From positions 310,001 to 374,000 of the forward strand of contig OZ024763.1 of the NCBI GenBank assembly GCA_964016885.1: DNA of 64,000 bases, written 5' to 3'. Within the stretch, counting starts at the first letter, position 1, and every line of letters starts with the position of its first letter. Of this stretch, positions 1-11,289 are shown one piece after another. The notes beneath the pieces were generated by a model. That model saw only the letters and a program-made list of their open reading frames with translations. It searched no databases and had not been told where the DNA came from. Position numbers and translations under genes: made by a program. Origin of the DNA: Eledone cirrhosa (Eukaryota).

Positions 1-276
1 GTCTGTTGATACAACAGTAAGCAGTTTTTTAAAGTTTTCTTTTGTATCTTACATGATAAAGCGGGGGTTAGTTTAGCGGGACCCATAACAGGCTTCATAC
101 ACAACCATCATAGGGTCTTTTTGAAATGTTTTACAGCTGGGTCCTCTTTTTGACACAGACCTTATTTGTCACCCTTTCGTATTACATGCAGGGGTTTGAT
201 TTAGGGTCACAACGTATCAATTATAATCTTAATACACACAAACATGTATGTAAATAGAAGTTATGAAATAATTTAA

Positions 277-498
277 CCCTTTAGCATTTAAACCAGTCAT
301 AATCCGGCCACAATTGTCTCACCTCTTTCTGTTCAAACTGGCCATAACTGGCTGCTCATACTGATGTTAAGGTATTGCTCGCAAAATAAATAATGTCAAA
401 ATCTCATAGATTCGATATTATGTGAGATAATTATGTGAGATAAAGCCTTTACCATGAAAATATAATAGTAAATATAGAGTAATGTGAATGCTAAAGGG
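277..498. mobile_element. piggyBac-like MITE
   Basis: TIRs CCCTTTAGCATT(T/C)A at both ends, flanked by TTAA (273-276, 499-502); no coding capacity. Confidence 0.8.
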
Positions 499-578
499 TT
501 AAAACTGACCCTTCACTTCAACACAGTTCTGTCTTCAAAATTTTATATCTATATATAGATATATAGATATAAAATTTT

Positions 579-615
<37 letters not shown>

Positions 616-617
<2 letters not shown>

Positions 618-833
618 GAACGATCGACTTTCGTCAAATCGGACCGAGGGAACAATGTTTCCGTTGGTCTTTCCAATTGCTAATACTATCTATCGGTCGC
701 AACTCCAGGTAGAAGGAGCAACGTGAAATAAAGTGTCTTGCTCAAGGACATAACGCATCGCCTGGTTCAGGAATCGAACTCACAACCTTACGATTGCGAA
801 TCCAATTCTCTAACCACTCAGCCACATGCCTTC
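616..833 (-). mobile_element. tRNA-derived CORE-type SINE, family S2
   Basis: Minus strand has A box TGGCTGAGTGG, B box GTTCGATTC and CORE-like TCCTTGAGCAAGACACTT; same tail at 1320-1590 and 20240-20450. Confidence 0.75.
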
Positions 834-834
834 A

Positions 835-918
835 CATAATTTAACTTGGTGTCCTTGAAATATGTATAATGAAATAAATATGGTTTTATAAATATAGTTT
901 CCATTTGTTAATATCGTA
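835..918 (+). mobile_element. Partial hammerhead-element arm (family A), lacking the CUGAUGA half
   Basis: Near-identical to 10257-10341 (cataatttaacttggtgtccttGAAAtatgtataatgaaata...). Confidence 0.7.
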
Positions 919-924
919 TATATA

Positions 925-1270
925 TCATTCATCATTCATTTCATTTTACGTCCGCTTTTTCCCTGCTTGCAAGGGTGGGGGGACGGGAACTGATTCTGGC
1001 TTGATTTCTACAGCTGGATGCCCTTCCTAACACCAACCTCATTTACAGTGAGTGCTGGGTGGTTTTTGTCGTGGCACCTCCACGACCACTTTGCAGTGGA
1101 ATGATATGGACCCCAGTCCCTATCATCTCATTTCTACAGCTGAGTAAACTGGAGCAATGTGAAATAAAGTGTCTTGCTCAAGGAAACAACACATCACCCG
1201 GTCTGAGAATTGAACTCACAACCTTTTGATTGCAAGGCCAATGCTCTAACCACTAAGCCATGTGCCTCCA
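925..1270 (-). mobile_element. tRNA-derived CORE-type SINE, family S1 (RTE-type 3' tail)
   Basis: A box TGGCTTAGTGG, B box GTTCAATTC, CORE-like block, 3' part homologous to the RTE 3' UTR at 39750-40000. Confidence 0.85.
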
Positions 1271-1273
1271 TTT

Positions 1274-1308
<35 letters not shown>

Positions 1309-1319
1309 ATATCAAATAT

Positions 1320-1590
1320 ACACATGGCTCTCAATCAACAAGATCCCAGACCTCATTCCCTTACCGCGTGGGGTGGACCTCATCATATCGGACCAAGGAA
1401 ACAATGTTTCCATTGGTCTTTCCAATTGCTGACACTATCTACTATCTACCGGTCACAACTCCTGGCAGAAGGAGCAACATGAAGTAAAGAGTCTTGCTCA
1501 AGGACATAACACATTGCCTGGTCTGGGAATTGAACTCACAACCTCATGATTTGAAATCCAATTCTCTAACTACTAAACTATGTCTCTTCC
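1320..1590 (-). mobile_element. SINE family S2 copy
   Basis: Homologous to 616-833. Confidence 0.7.
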
Positions 1591-1592
1591 TA

Positions 1593-2145
1593 ATGATGAT
1601 GATGATGATGATGATGATGACGAAGTGTCGATGATTATGACAATGATGTTGAGGTTGATGACAGAAATGATGATGATGATGATGATGATAATGATCATGA
1701 TTATGGTGATGATGATGATGATGATGATCATGGTGATGATGGTGATGATGATGATGATCATGGTGATGATGATGATGATCATGGTGATGATGATCATGGT
1801 GGTGATGGTGATGATGATGATGATAATGATCATGGTGATGATGATGATCATGGTGATGATGATGATGATCATGGTGGTGGTGATGATGATAATGATCATG
1901 GTGATGATGATGATGATGATCATCATCATGGTGATGATGATGATGATGATCATGGTGGTGATGGTGATGATGATAATGATCATGGTGATGATGATGATGG
2001 TGGTGATGATGATGATAATAATGATGATGATGATGATCATGGTGATGATGATGATGATGATGATGATCATGGTGATGGTGATGATGATGATGGTGATGAT
2101 GGTGATGATGATAATAATGATCATGGTGATGGTGATGGTGATGAT
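1593..2145. repeat. (GAT/GGT)n trinucleotide array
   Basis: Direct inspection. Confidence 0.95.
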
Positions 2146-2213
2146 TACGGAAGACTTCTACCTCTTTGTGTCGGATATTTGTTACGGTGTAGTGGTGTGT
2201 AGGGTGGTAGGGC

Positions 2214-2662
2214 AGAGAGAGAGAGGGATCGTGAAAGAAAGAGAGAGAGAGAGAAAGTGACAGAGACAGACAGAGATAGAGAGCGAGGGAGAGAGAAAAA
2301 GAGAGAGACAGACAAACAGAGAATGAGAGAAAGATAGAGAGAGAGAGAGAGAGACATACTGACAGAGAGACAAAGAAAAAAAGAGAGAGAGAAAGAGAGA
2401 TAGACAGACAGACAGAGACAAAGAGAGAGAGAGACAGACAGACAGAGACAAAGAGAGAGAGAGAGATACAGACAGATAGAGAGAGAGAGAGACACAGACA
2501 GATAGAGAAAGAGAGAGAGAGAGACACAGACAGATAGAGAAAGAGAGAGAGACAGACAGAGAGAAAGAGAGAGATAGAGAAAGAGAGTGAGACAGACAGA
2601 GAGAGAGAGAGAAAGAGAGAGAGACAGACAGATAGACAGAGACAAAGAGAGTGAAAGAGAGA
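2214..2662. repeat. (GA)n/(GACA)n complex microsatellite
   Basis: Direct inspection. Confidence 0.95.
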
Positions 2663-2979
2663 ATGATGTAATCTAAATGCTGCGACCATTTTTCTCATTT
2701 TCCTGTCTGTCTGGTCACTAATTCACTTAACTTCCAGATGAGAATATTATCAGAACTCTAACTTATTAACTAAAACAACTCTCACTCCAACACTATTGTG
2801 TGCTATAACTTCTTACTATTTGTGGCATTTAGCCAGCTTTTAAGTATTAATCAAAAGCCTGCCTTCTGTAATGTTCAGTCTTCACCTTTTCTATCATTTG
2901 TCTGTCTTGTACCTTGTCCAGTTCATTAATAGCTAAGTAACTTTAAGCCTATGTTATTGTAATGATATGTATTGTTATG

Positions 2980-3200
2980 TATTGTGTTGTGTTGTGTTGT
3001 GGTGTGGTGGTGTGTGGTGTTGTGTTGTGGTGTTGTGGTGTTGTGTTGTGTTGTGGTGTGGTGTGGTGTGGTGTGGTGTGGTGTGTTGTGTTGTGTTGTG
3101 GTGTGGTGTGTTGTGTTGTGTTGTGTTGTGTTGTGGTGTGTGAAATTGTATAGTGTTGTGGTGTGGTGTGGTGTGATGTGATGTGTTGTGTTGTGTTGTT
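2980..3200. repeat. (GTTGT/GGTGT)n pentanucleotide array
   Basis: Direct inspection. Confidence 0.9.
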
Positions 3201-3399
3201 TGTGGATGATGGTCGCTGAGTGAATAGTGCCAAGTTATCCCAGTAGAGGGAGCTGTTGTTTGCAGGGGGGGGGGCATAGGTTGGTGCATGAAAAAACTAG
3301 TACTAGCCCAGGTTCTGTAGTAAAGTGTAGATATAGAAATATATTTTATATGACAAAAACCCTGGCTAAATTTAAGGTGTCCCATCGGAGCAAGGTATA

Positions 3400-4460
3400 G
3401 TGTGGCCAGGAAATGTCAGTGGAAGGAAGTCGTAACAGAGGTAGACCTGGGCTGAGGTTGACCTGGAAAGACTTGGGCTGAGATTGACCAAGAAAGACCT
3501 GGGCAGAGTTTGACCAAGAAAGACCTGGGCAGAGGTTGACCTGGAAAGATCTGGGCAGATGTTGACCTAGAAAGATCTGGGCAGAGGTTGACGTAGAAAG
3601 ACCTCGGCAGAGATTGACCACGAAAGACCTGGGCTGAGGTTGACCAAGAAAGACCTGGGCAGAGTTTGACCAAGAAAGACCTGGGCAGAGGTTGACCTGG
3701 AAAGATCTGGGCAGATGTTGACCTAGAAAGATCTGGGCAGAGGTTGACGTAGAAAGACCTCGGCAGAGATTGACCACGAAAGACCTGGGCAGAGGTTGAC
3801 CTGGAAAGATCTGGGCAGATGTTGACCTAGAAAGATCTGGGCAGAGGTTGACGTAGAAAGACCTCGGCAGAGATTGACCACGAAAGACCTGGGCTGAGGT
3901 TGACCAAGAAAGACCTGGGCTGAGGTTGACCAAGAAAGACCTGGGCAGATGTTGACCAAGAAAGACCTGGGCAGAGGTTGACCAAGAAAGACCTGGGCAG
4001 AGGTTGACCACGAAAGACCTGGGCTGAGGTTGACCAAGAAAGACCTGGGCTGAGGTTGACCAAGAAAGACCTGGGCTGAGGTTGACCAAAAAAGACCTGG
4101 GCTGACGTTGACCTAGAAAGACCTGGACAGATGTTGACCACGAAAGACCTGGGCTGAGGTTGACCTAGAAAGACCTGGGCTGAGGTTGACCTAGAAAGAC
4201 CTGGGCAGAGGTCAACCTAGAAAGACCTGGGCAGAGGTTGACCTAGAAAGACCTGGACAGGAGTTGACCTAGAAAGACTTGGGCAGAGGTTCACCTAGAA
4301 AGATCTGGGCAGAGGTTGACCTGGGTGCTGACCTTAAATCACTATAAATCGCAGAGGAGATGACAAAGGATTGCTATGTGTGGAGAGATGTCATACTGAG
4401 AAGGACCCGTCTAACCCATGCAAGAGTGGAAAATGGACGGTAAATGGTGATGATGATGAT
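3400..4460 (+). mobile_element. Decayed RTE LINE 3' end interrupted by an internal minisatellite
   Basis: Left flank reads EMSVEGSRNRGRP; right flank DLKSL*IAEEMTKDCYVWRDVILRRTRLTHA followed by the AACCCATGC..GGAAAATGGACG tail and (GAT)n. Confidence 0.7.
3438..4325. repeat. 26-bp minisatellite (AAGACCTGGGCAGAGGTTGACCWAGA), about 34 units
   Basis: Unit counted directly; 26-aa ORF periodicity equals 3 units. Confidence 0.95.
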
Positions 4461-4519
4461 ACATGAAAAAGCATCCACCCTTTTGTGAGAGCTCTTGATG
4501 ATGGGGCTGCTGCTGCAGA

Positions 4520-4920
4520 CGATGTTTGTGGTGGTGGTGGTGTTGTTGTTGCTGCTGCTGCTGCTGTTGTTGTTGTTGGTGGTGGTGGTGGTAGCAGTGG
4601 TCATCTTCGTTATTATCACCTTCTTCAATATCACAATTGCTGCCACCTCCCCCACCCCACCCACACAGTGGTGGTTATGGTGGTGGTGGGGATAGTGTTG
4701 ATGGTGATGATGATGATGATGGTGGTGGTGGTGACAATGATGATGGTGGTGGTGGTGACAATGGTGATGATGGTGGTGGTGGTGGTGACGATGATGATGG
4801 TAGTGTTGATCGTGGTGGTGATGATGATGACAATGATGATGGTGATAATGGTGATGGTGATGGTGGTGATCATGGCGGTGGTGATGACAATGATTAAGAT
4901 GATGATGATGATGATGATTA
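4520..4920. repeat. Mixed GGT/GAT/GCT trinucleotide tract
   Basis: Direct inspection. Confidence 0.85.
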
Positions 4921-4974
4921 CCTAACAATAACATGCAGCTCTCCAGACAAGGAGCCGGCTTGCACGTGTAATCT

Positions 4975-5400
4975 GTCTGATTTGTTTGATGTGTCTGATC
5001 TGTTTGATGTGTCTGATCTGTTTGATGTGTCTGATCTGTTTGATGTGTCTGATGTGTTTGATGTGTCTGATGTGTTTGGTGTGTCTGATGTGTTTGATGT
5101 GTCTGATGTGTTTGGTGTGTCTGATCTGTTTGATGTGTCTGATCTGTTTGATGTGTCTGATGTGTTTGATGTGTCTGATCTGTTTGGTGTGTCTGATCTG
5201 TTTGATGTGTCTGATGTGTTTGATGTGTCTGATCTGTTTGGTGTGTCTGGAGTTTGATGTGTCTGATGTGTTTGATGTGTTTGATGTGTCTGATGTGTCT
5301 GATCTGTTTGGTGTGTCTGGAGTTTGATGTGTCTGATCTGTTTGGTGTGTCTGGAGTTTGATGTGTCTGATGCGTCTGACGTGTTTGATGTGTTTGGTGT
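4975..5400. repeat. 9/18-bp minisatellite (GATGTGTCT GATCTGTTT)
   Basis: Direct inspection. Confidence 0.9.
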
Positions 5401-5499
5401 GTAGACCTAGTGGTAGACCTAGAAAGGACTTTGACCCAACCACGACCTTCTCAGGAATAAGTGGGAGAAGAAGATGATAATGATGATGAGGAGGAGGGG

Positions 5500-5800
5500 G
5501 AGGGCAAAAGAAGAAGTGAAGAAGAAGAAGAAGAAAAAGAAGGTGAAGTAGACAGAAGAAGAAGAAGGCAAAGGAGAAGAAAAGGAAGAGGGTGAAGTAG
5601 ACAGAAAAACAAGAAGAAAAGAAAGAGGGTGAAGTAGACAGAAGAAGAAGGCAAAGGAGAAGAAAAAGAAGGTGAAGTTGACAGAAAAAGAAGAAAAGGA
5701 AGAGGGTGAAGTAGACAGAAGAAGAAGAAGGCAAAGGAGAAGAAAAGGAAGAGGGTGAAGTAGACAGAAGAAGAAGAAGGCAAAGGAGAAGAAGAAGAAA
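5500..5800. repeat. Purine-rich about 45-bp tandem repeat (..GAAGAAGGCAAAGGAGAAG..GGTGAAGTAGACA)
   Basis: GGTGAAGTAGACAG recurs about 6 times. Confidence 0.8.
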
Positions 5801-6030
5801 GTCTGTTAGTTTATTTATGGTAATGACACAATATTCCGTTATTGGTGCTGAAGTCAACATCTGTTGCTGTGGAAATATAAAAGCTGGAGAAGAATTAGAA
5901 ACGGTTTAAGAAACAAAGATTTCTCTGCCAATGTTGATGGAATTACTTTATATATTTCAGGCAATGTTAGAAGTTGTCACTGTGTTATACATTTCTAAAC
6001 CATTGTTGTACTGAAATATCTATGTATATA

Positions 6031-6104
<74 letters not shown>

Positions 6105-6122
6105 TATATATATATATATATA

Positions 6123-6462
6123 TCATCATTTTTTTTCATTTTTCGTCCGCTTTTCCCTGCTTGCAAGGGTGGGACGGGAACTGATTCTGGCTTGATTTCT
6201 ACAGCTGGATGCCCTTCCTAACACCAACCTCATTTACAGTGAGTACTGGGTGCTTTTTTGCCGTGGCACCTCCACGACCACTTTGCAGTGGAATGATAGG
6301 GACCCCAGTCCCTATCATCTCATTTCTACAGCTGAGTAAACTGGAGCAATGTGAAATAAAGTGTCTTGCTCAAGGAAACAACACATCACCCGGTCTGAGA
6401 ATTGAACTCACAACCTTTCGATTGCAAGGCCAATGCTCTAACCACTAAGCCATGTGCCTCCA
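6123..6462 (-). mobile_element. SINE family S1 copy
   Basis: Near-identical to 925-1270. Confidence 0.9.
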
Positions 6463-6499
6463 TATATTATATATATATATATAGATATATACATATATA

Positions 6500-6620
6500 A
6501 TAATAATAATAATTACGAAGACCAAAATCCGAAGAGGGCTCGATGAGTTTCAGAAGATCCCGTAATAGAGTGAAAGCAGAAATTCTTTGCTTAAACTTTA
6601 ATCTGTACTAATACTAAATA
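6500..6620. mobile_element. Hammerhead-like fold-back element, family D (minus-strand tail joined to plus-strand arm)
   Basis: Tail matches 44275-44320; arm agtttCAGAAGAtccc..GAAAgcaga..tttgcTTaaact matches 44437-44487. Confidence 0.65.
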
Positions 6621-6864
6621 TATATATATATGTGTGCATACATATATAGGCAAATATATATGTATGCATATATACACACACACACGCACACATATATATG
6701 TATATATATATGTATGTAGGTGTCACAACATATATGTATATATACATACATATATATATACAGGGGTTGGGCAAAATAATGGAAACACCTAGCATCATAG
6801 CATCATAATATCTATAAAACTGTCAAAAGCTTGTTTATTTTTATGTTTTTTGATTTATTATTAG

Positions 6865-7045
6865 TGGATTGGCAGTATCGGTAGAGGGTCGGCCGCCATG
6901 CTTTCCAGCATAGTTACGTCCCTTTACGATCTGAGTTCAAATCCCGCCGAGGTTGACTTTACCTTTTATCCTTACGGGGTCGATAGAATAAAGTACCAGT
7001 AATGCACTGGGTAATTGCTGGCCTTGTGCCTAAAGTAGAAACAAT
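6865..7045 (+). mobile_element. SINE family S3 (MetaSINE-like central domain) inserted in the Tc1 element
   Basis: B box GAGTTCAAATCC; central CCTT..ATCCTTACGGGGTCGATA.AATAAAGTACCAG; direct repeat ATTATTAGTG at 6857-6866 and 7044-7053. Confidence 0.75.
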
Positions 7046-7128
7046 TATTAGTGTTGCTTCATATATTTTGTTAAAATTGCTGTTTGTTTTCAGATATCAT
7101 CAGAAAAAGGTAATTAAAATCCATTAAA

Positions 7129-7410
7129 ATGTCAGATCTATCGGACTTTCAAAGAGGTCAAATTGTTGGTGCCCGTATGGCAGGCGCTAGCGTAACGAAA
7201 ACTGCTGAAATGTTTGGTGTATCAAGAAGTACTGTCTCGAAAGTAATGACAGCCTTTGAGAAAGAGGGAAAAACCTCCTCGTCGAAACAAAACTCTGAAA
7301 GAAAACCAAAACTTTCAGATAGGGACCGTCGGACTCTTACGCGAATTGTTAAAAAAGGATCGCAAAAGTACAGCTCCCAAAATTACTGCAGAGCTTAATG
7401 ACCACCTCGA
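7129..7410 (+). pseudogene. Tc1 transposase N-terminal paired-like HTH fragment (frameshifted, no DDE domain)
   Basis: MSDLSDFQRGQIVGARMAGASVTKTAEMFGVSRSTVSKV...KLSDRDRR; second frame continues DRKSTAPKITAELN. Confidence 0.85.
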
Positions 7411-7509
7411 GAACAATAAAAATAAACAAGCTTTTGATGGTTTTATAGATATTTCAAAATTATGATGCTATGATGCTAGGTGTCTCCATTATTTTGTCCA
7501 ACCCCTGTA

Positions 7510-7835
7510 TCATCATCATCATTTCATTTTACGTCCGCTTTTTCCCTGCTTGCAAGGGTGGGACGGGAACTGATTTTGGCTTGATTTCTACAGCTGGATG
7601 CCCTTCCTAACACCAACCTCATTTACAGTGAGTGCTGGGTGCTTTTTTGCTATGGCACCTCCACTTTTGCTATGACCCCAGTCCCTCTCATCTCATTTCT
7701 ACAGCTGAGTAAACTGGAGCAATTTGAAATAAAGTGTCTTGCTCAAGGAAACAACACATCACTCGGTCTGAGAATTGAACTCACAACCTTTCGATTGCAA
7801 GGCCAATGCTCTAACCACTAAGCCATGTGCCTCCA
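7510..7835 (-). mobile_element. SINE family S1 copy
   Basis: Homologous to 925-1270 with an internal deletion. Confidence 0.85.
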
Positions 7836-7845
7836 TATATATATA

Positions 7846-8088
7846 TGTAGGTGTCAAGACAAAAAAATACCCAGTCCACGCTGTAATGTGGTCGTGTAGG
7901 TAACACGGTAAAAAGGGTCCCAGTCCACACTCTAAAAGTGGTTGGTGTTAGGAAGGGCATCCAGCCGTAGAAAACCTGCCAGACAGTCCTATACAAGCGA
8001 GACACGGTCACCCCACCAACCTTACCTCAAATTGGGACAACTCCTGTCTAACCCATGCTAGCGTGGAAGACAGACGTTAAACGATGAT
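7846..8088 (+). mobile_element. RTE 3' UTR fragment
   Basis: Homologous to 14120-14370. Confidence 0.75.
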
Positions 8089-8214
8089 ATATATGTGTGT
8101 GTGTGTGTCATAAATACAGAAAGATGTACAACCATAAGTACATCTCTGAATTCATGAATAAATCAGCTGAGAGGTGGGGGGTGAGTGGGAGTGTTTCTTG
8201 GTCCTTTGCCAAAT

Positions 8215-9070
8215 CTCTCTCTCTCTGTCTCTTTCTCTCCCTTCCTCTCTATCTCTATCTCTCTGTCTCTTTCTTCCTCTTTCTATCTGATTCCCTCTCT
8301 CCTACTCTCTATTTGTCTCTCTCTTTCTCACTTCTCTCTCTCTCTGTCTCTCTCTCTCTCTCTTGCCCACTCTATGTCTCCCCCATTCTCTCTCTCGCCC
8401 ACTCTGTCTCCCCCATTCTCTCTCTCGTCCACTCTGTCTCCCCCATTCTCTCTCTCCACTCTCCACTCTCTCTCTCCACTCTCTCTCCCTCTACATTTCT
8501 CTCTCTCTCTACATTTCTCTCTCTCTCTACATCTCTCTCTCTCTCTCTACATCTCTCTCTCTCTCTCCACTCTCCACCCTCTCTCTCCACTCTTCACACT
8601 CTCTCCATCTCTCTCTCTACTCTCTCTCTACATCTCTCTCTCTCTCTACATCTCTCTCTCCACTCTCTCTCTCCACTCTCTCTCTCCACTCTCTCTCTCC
8701 ACTCTCTCTCTCCACTCTCTCTCTCCACTCTCCCTCTACATCTCTCTCTCTCTCTCTCCACCTCCCCCTCTCTCTCCACTCTCCACACTCTCTCCATCTC
8801 TCTCTCTCTCCACACTCTCTCCCTCCACCTCTCTCTCTCCACTCTCTCTGTCTCCACTCTCTCTCCATCTCCCTCTACATCTCTCTCTCTCCACCTCCCT
8901 CTCTCTCTCCACCTCCCTCTCTCTCCACTCTCCACACTCTCTCCATCTCTCTCTCTCTCTCCACTCTCTCTCGCTCCACTCTCTCTCCATCTCTCTCTCC
9001 ATCTCTCTCTCCATCTCTCTCTCCACTCTCTCTCCATCTCTCTCCATCATTCTCTCCACCCCCCTCCTAT
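8215..9070. repeat. (CT)n/CCACTCT complex microsatellite
   Basis: Direct inspection. Confidence 0.95.
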
Positions 9071-9139
9071 CTCTAGTTAATCAAGTAGGTTTTCACTTCA
9101 TTTCTTCTAAGACATTATTAGCCTACATAGAAATATTAA

Positions 9140-9625
9140 TAGTAATAATAATAATAGTAGTAGTAGTAGTAGTAGTAGTAGTGTTAGTAGTAGTAGTAGT
9201 AGTAGTTGAGGTGGAGGGCGTATTGGTAGTGGTGGAGGTGGTGTATCTGTGTGGTGATTACATAGTGGTGGTAGTAGTAGTAGTGGTGGAGGTGCAGGTT
9301 GTAGTGGTGGTGGTGGTAGCAGTAGTAGTGGTGGTGGTGATGGTGGTAATAATAGTAGTGGTAGTAGCAGTGGTGGGGATACAGGTTTGGGTGGTGGTAG
9401 CGATAATAGTGGTAGTTGTAGTAGTGGTGGTGGTGGTAGTGGTCGCAGTAGTAGTAGTGGTGGTGGTGGTAGTGGTCGCAGTAGTAGTAGTGGTGGTGGT
9501 GGTAGTGGTGTAAGTAGTAGTAGTAGTAGTAGTGGTGGTTGTGGTGGTGGTTGTAATAGTAGTAGTAGTAGTGGTTGTAATGGTAGTAGTAGTAGTGGGG
9601 GGAGTAGTAGTAGTAGTAGTAGTAA
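9140..9625. repeat. (GTA/GTG)n array
   Basis: Direct inspection. Confidence 0.9.
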
Positions 9626-9676
9626 CACTAACAACATCATTTCTTGAATGATATAAGACTGAGTATGTCTTATAGT

Positions 9677-9762
<86 letters not shown>

Positions 9763-9903
9763 TATATATGTGTGTGTGTGTGTGTGTGTGTGACCGAAAC
9801 ACTGTCCTTTGACCAGATCTTTCACAAAGGGACAGTCTGTCCTGCCAATGCTAGCGTGGAAAATAGTTGGTAAACGATGATAATGATATGAATATATATA
9901 TAT

Positions 9904-9934
<31 letters not shown>

Positions 9935-10045
9935 CACACATATATATATACATATATACATTTATACACATACACACATATATACATATATACATTTATA
10001 TATATATATATTAACAAATGGAAACTATATTTATAAAACCATATT

Positions 10046-10110
10046 TATTTCATTATACATATTTCAAGAACACCAAGTTAAATTATGGTGTGCTTTCATC
10101 AGATAAAATA
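10046..10110 (-). ncRNA. Minimal type I hammerhead ribozyme
   Basis: Minus strand: TATTTTAT CTGATGA aagcacacca-loop-tggtgttctt GAAA tatgta TA ATGAAATA. Confidence 0.8.
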
Positions 10111-10233
10111 TAATATAGATCAGTTTTATAAATAAATATTGACGTACCCTTAAAAAATGCGACCATTTCTATTGGAAGCTCCCGCATTTTTTAAGGGTAC
10201 GTCAATATTTATTTATAAAACTGATCTATATTA

Positions 10234-10298
10234 TATTTTATCTGATGAAAGCACACCATAATTTAACTTGGTGTCCTTGAAATATGTATAATGAAATA
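10234..10298 (+). ncRNA. Minimal type I hammerhead ribozyme
   Basis: Stem I TATTTTAT/ATGAAATA; CTGATGA 10242-10248; stem II aagcacacca/tggtgtcctt; GAAA 10279-10282; predicted cleavage after 10290. Confidence 0.8.
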
Positions 10299-10427
10299 AT
10301 TATGGTTTTATAAATATAGTTTCCATTTGTTAATATATCGTATTTTTACTCCAATAATTTGTTGAGTGCTTTATATCAGTTATAAAAATATTTGCTTGTT
10401 GTATCCCAACAATTTAAATAGAACTTC

Positions 10428-10480
<53 letters not shown>

Positions 10481-10519
10481 ATATTAAATAAATGAAAACT
10501 ATATTTATAAAACCATATT

Positions 10520-10582
10520 TATTTTATTATATATATTTCAAGGGTACCAATACACAATGGTACGCTTTCATCAGATAAAATG
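10520..10582 (-). ncRNA. Minimal type I hammerhead ribozyme
   Basis: TCATCAG at 10568-10574; stem II aagcgtacca/tggtaccctt; GAAA tatata TA ataaaata on minus. Confidence 0.75.
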
Positions 10583-10727
10583 CAAAGTTTGTTTTATAAA
10601 TAGAGACATACCCATGAAAATCATACGTTATCAGTTGGATATACACTGGATATTCACTATCCAGTGAATATCCAACCGATAAGGTATGATTTTCATGGGT
10701 ATGTCTCTATTTATAAAACAAACTTTG

Positions 10728-10791
10728 TATTTTATCTGAAGAAAGTGCACCAATATTGTCTTGGTACCCCTGAAATATATATAATAAAATA
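10728..10791 (+). ncRNA. Minimal type I hammerhead ribozyme
   Basis: TATTTTAT CTGAAGA aagtgcaccaa..ttggtacccct GAAA TATATA TA ATAAAATA. Confidence 0.75.
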
Positions 10792-10945
10792 AATATGGTT
10801 TTATAAATATAGTTTTCCATTTATTTAATATCATTGAATATTTACTCCAGTAACTTTTTGAGTGCTCTAAATCAGTTATAAACATTTATGTTTGTCGGAC
10901 TCCCAACAAATTAAATACCCCTTCTACTTATATATATATATATAT

Positions 10946-11230
10946 AAGGAACAAGTAAGACCCCGACGGCTGAGCTCAAGCCGTTTCGACGGCTAATTCT
11001 GTACTGAATGAAAATTTATTCTGGTATTTAAATAGCCGAACTTATCAAGTTGATAAGTTCGGCTATTTAAATACCGGAATAAATTTTCATTCAGTACTGA
11101 ATTAGCCGTCGAAACGGCTTGAGCTCAGCCGTCGGGGTCTTACTTGTTCCTTTTACCCACTCTACTACCCTAAGTATTGAGTACTTTGGTGCGTTATGGT
11201 CCACTTGGTTCCTCACCACATTTCCTTCGT

Positions 11231-11232
<2 letters not shown>
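10946..11232 (+). mobile_element. Fold-back element, family C (truncated hammerhead-like fold)
   Basis: About 100-bp arms centred at 11049; GAAA cggct-tgagctc-agccg TC stem III; 80-nt tail with ACTC..GAGTACT; copies at 30331 and 30668. Confidence 0.7.
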
Positions 11233-11262
<30 letters not shown>

Positions 11263-11289
11263 TATATATATACATTTACATATATAAAT

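Larger units (their letters stand above)
6761..7507 (+). mobile_element. Internally deleted Tc1-like DNA transposon
   Basis: TA flanks; long TIRs CAGGGGTTGG(G)CAAAATAATGGA.ACACCTAGCATCATAGCATCATAAT; N-terminal transposase remnant. Confidence 0.9.
10010..10430 (+). mobile_element. Fold-back Penelope-pLTR/retrozyme-like element, family A
   Basis: 10010-10160 is the reverse complement of 10184-10335; right arm extends about 90 nt further to ..CTTCTAC; (TA)n on both sides; hammerhead in each arm. Confidence 0.8.
10476..10927 (+). mobile_element. Fold-back hammerhead element, family A2
   Basis: Inverted arms of about 180 bp around 10660; extra tail ending CTTCTAC; in (TA)n. Confidence 0.8.

Noticed and set aside
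1195-1270. tRNA gene candidates at SINE heads (also 6390-6462, 61551-61625 and others)
   Set aside because: A and B boxes are present but continue into SINE body and tail; no complete cloverleaf
1544-2698. His-rich and Met/Ile-rich ORFs
   Set aside because: Microsatellite translations
10010-10430. Interpretation of the fold-backs as MITEs
   Set aside because: Arms are asymmetric (one carries an 80-100-nt tail), fold-back centres vary between copies, solo arms exist, and hammerhead folds are present
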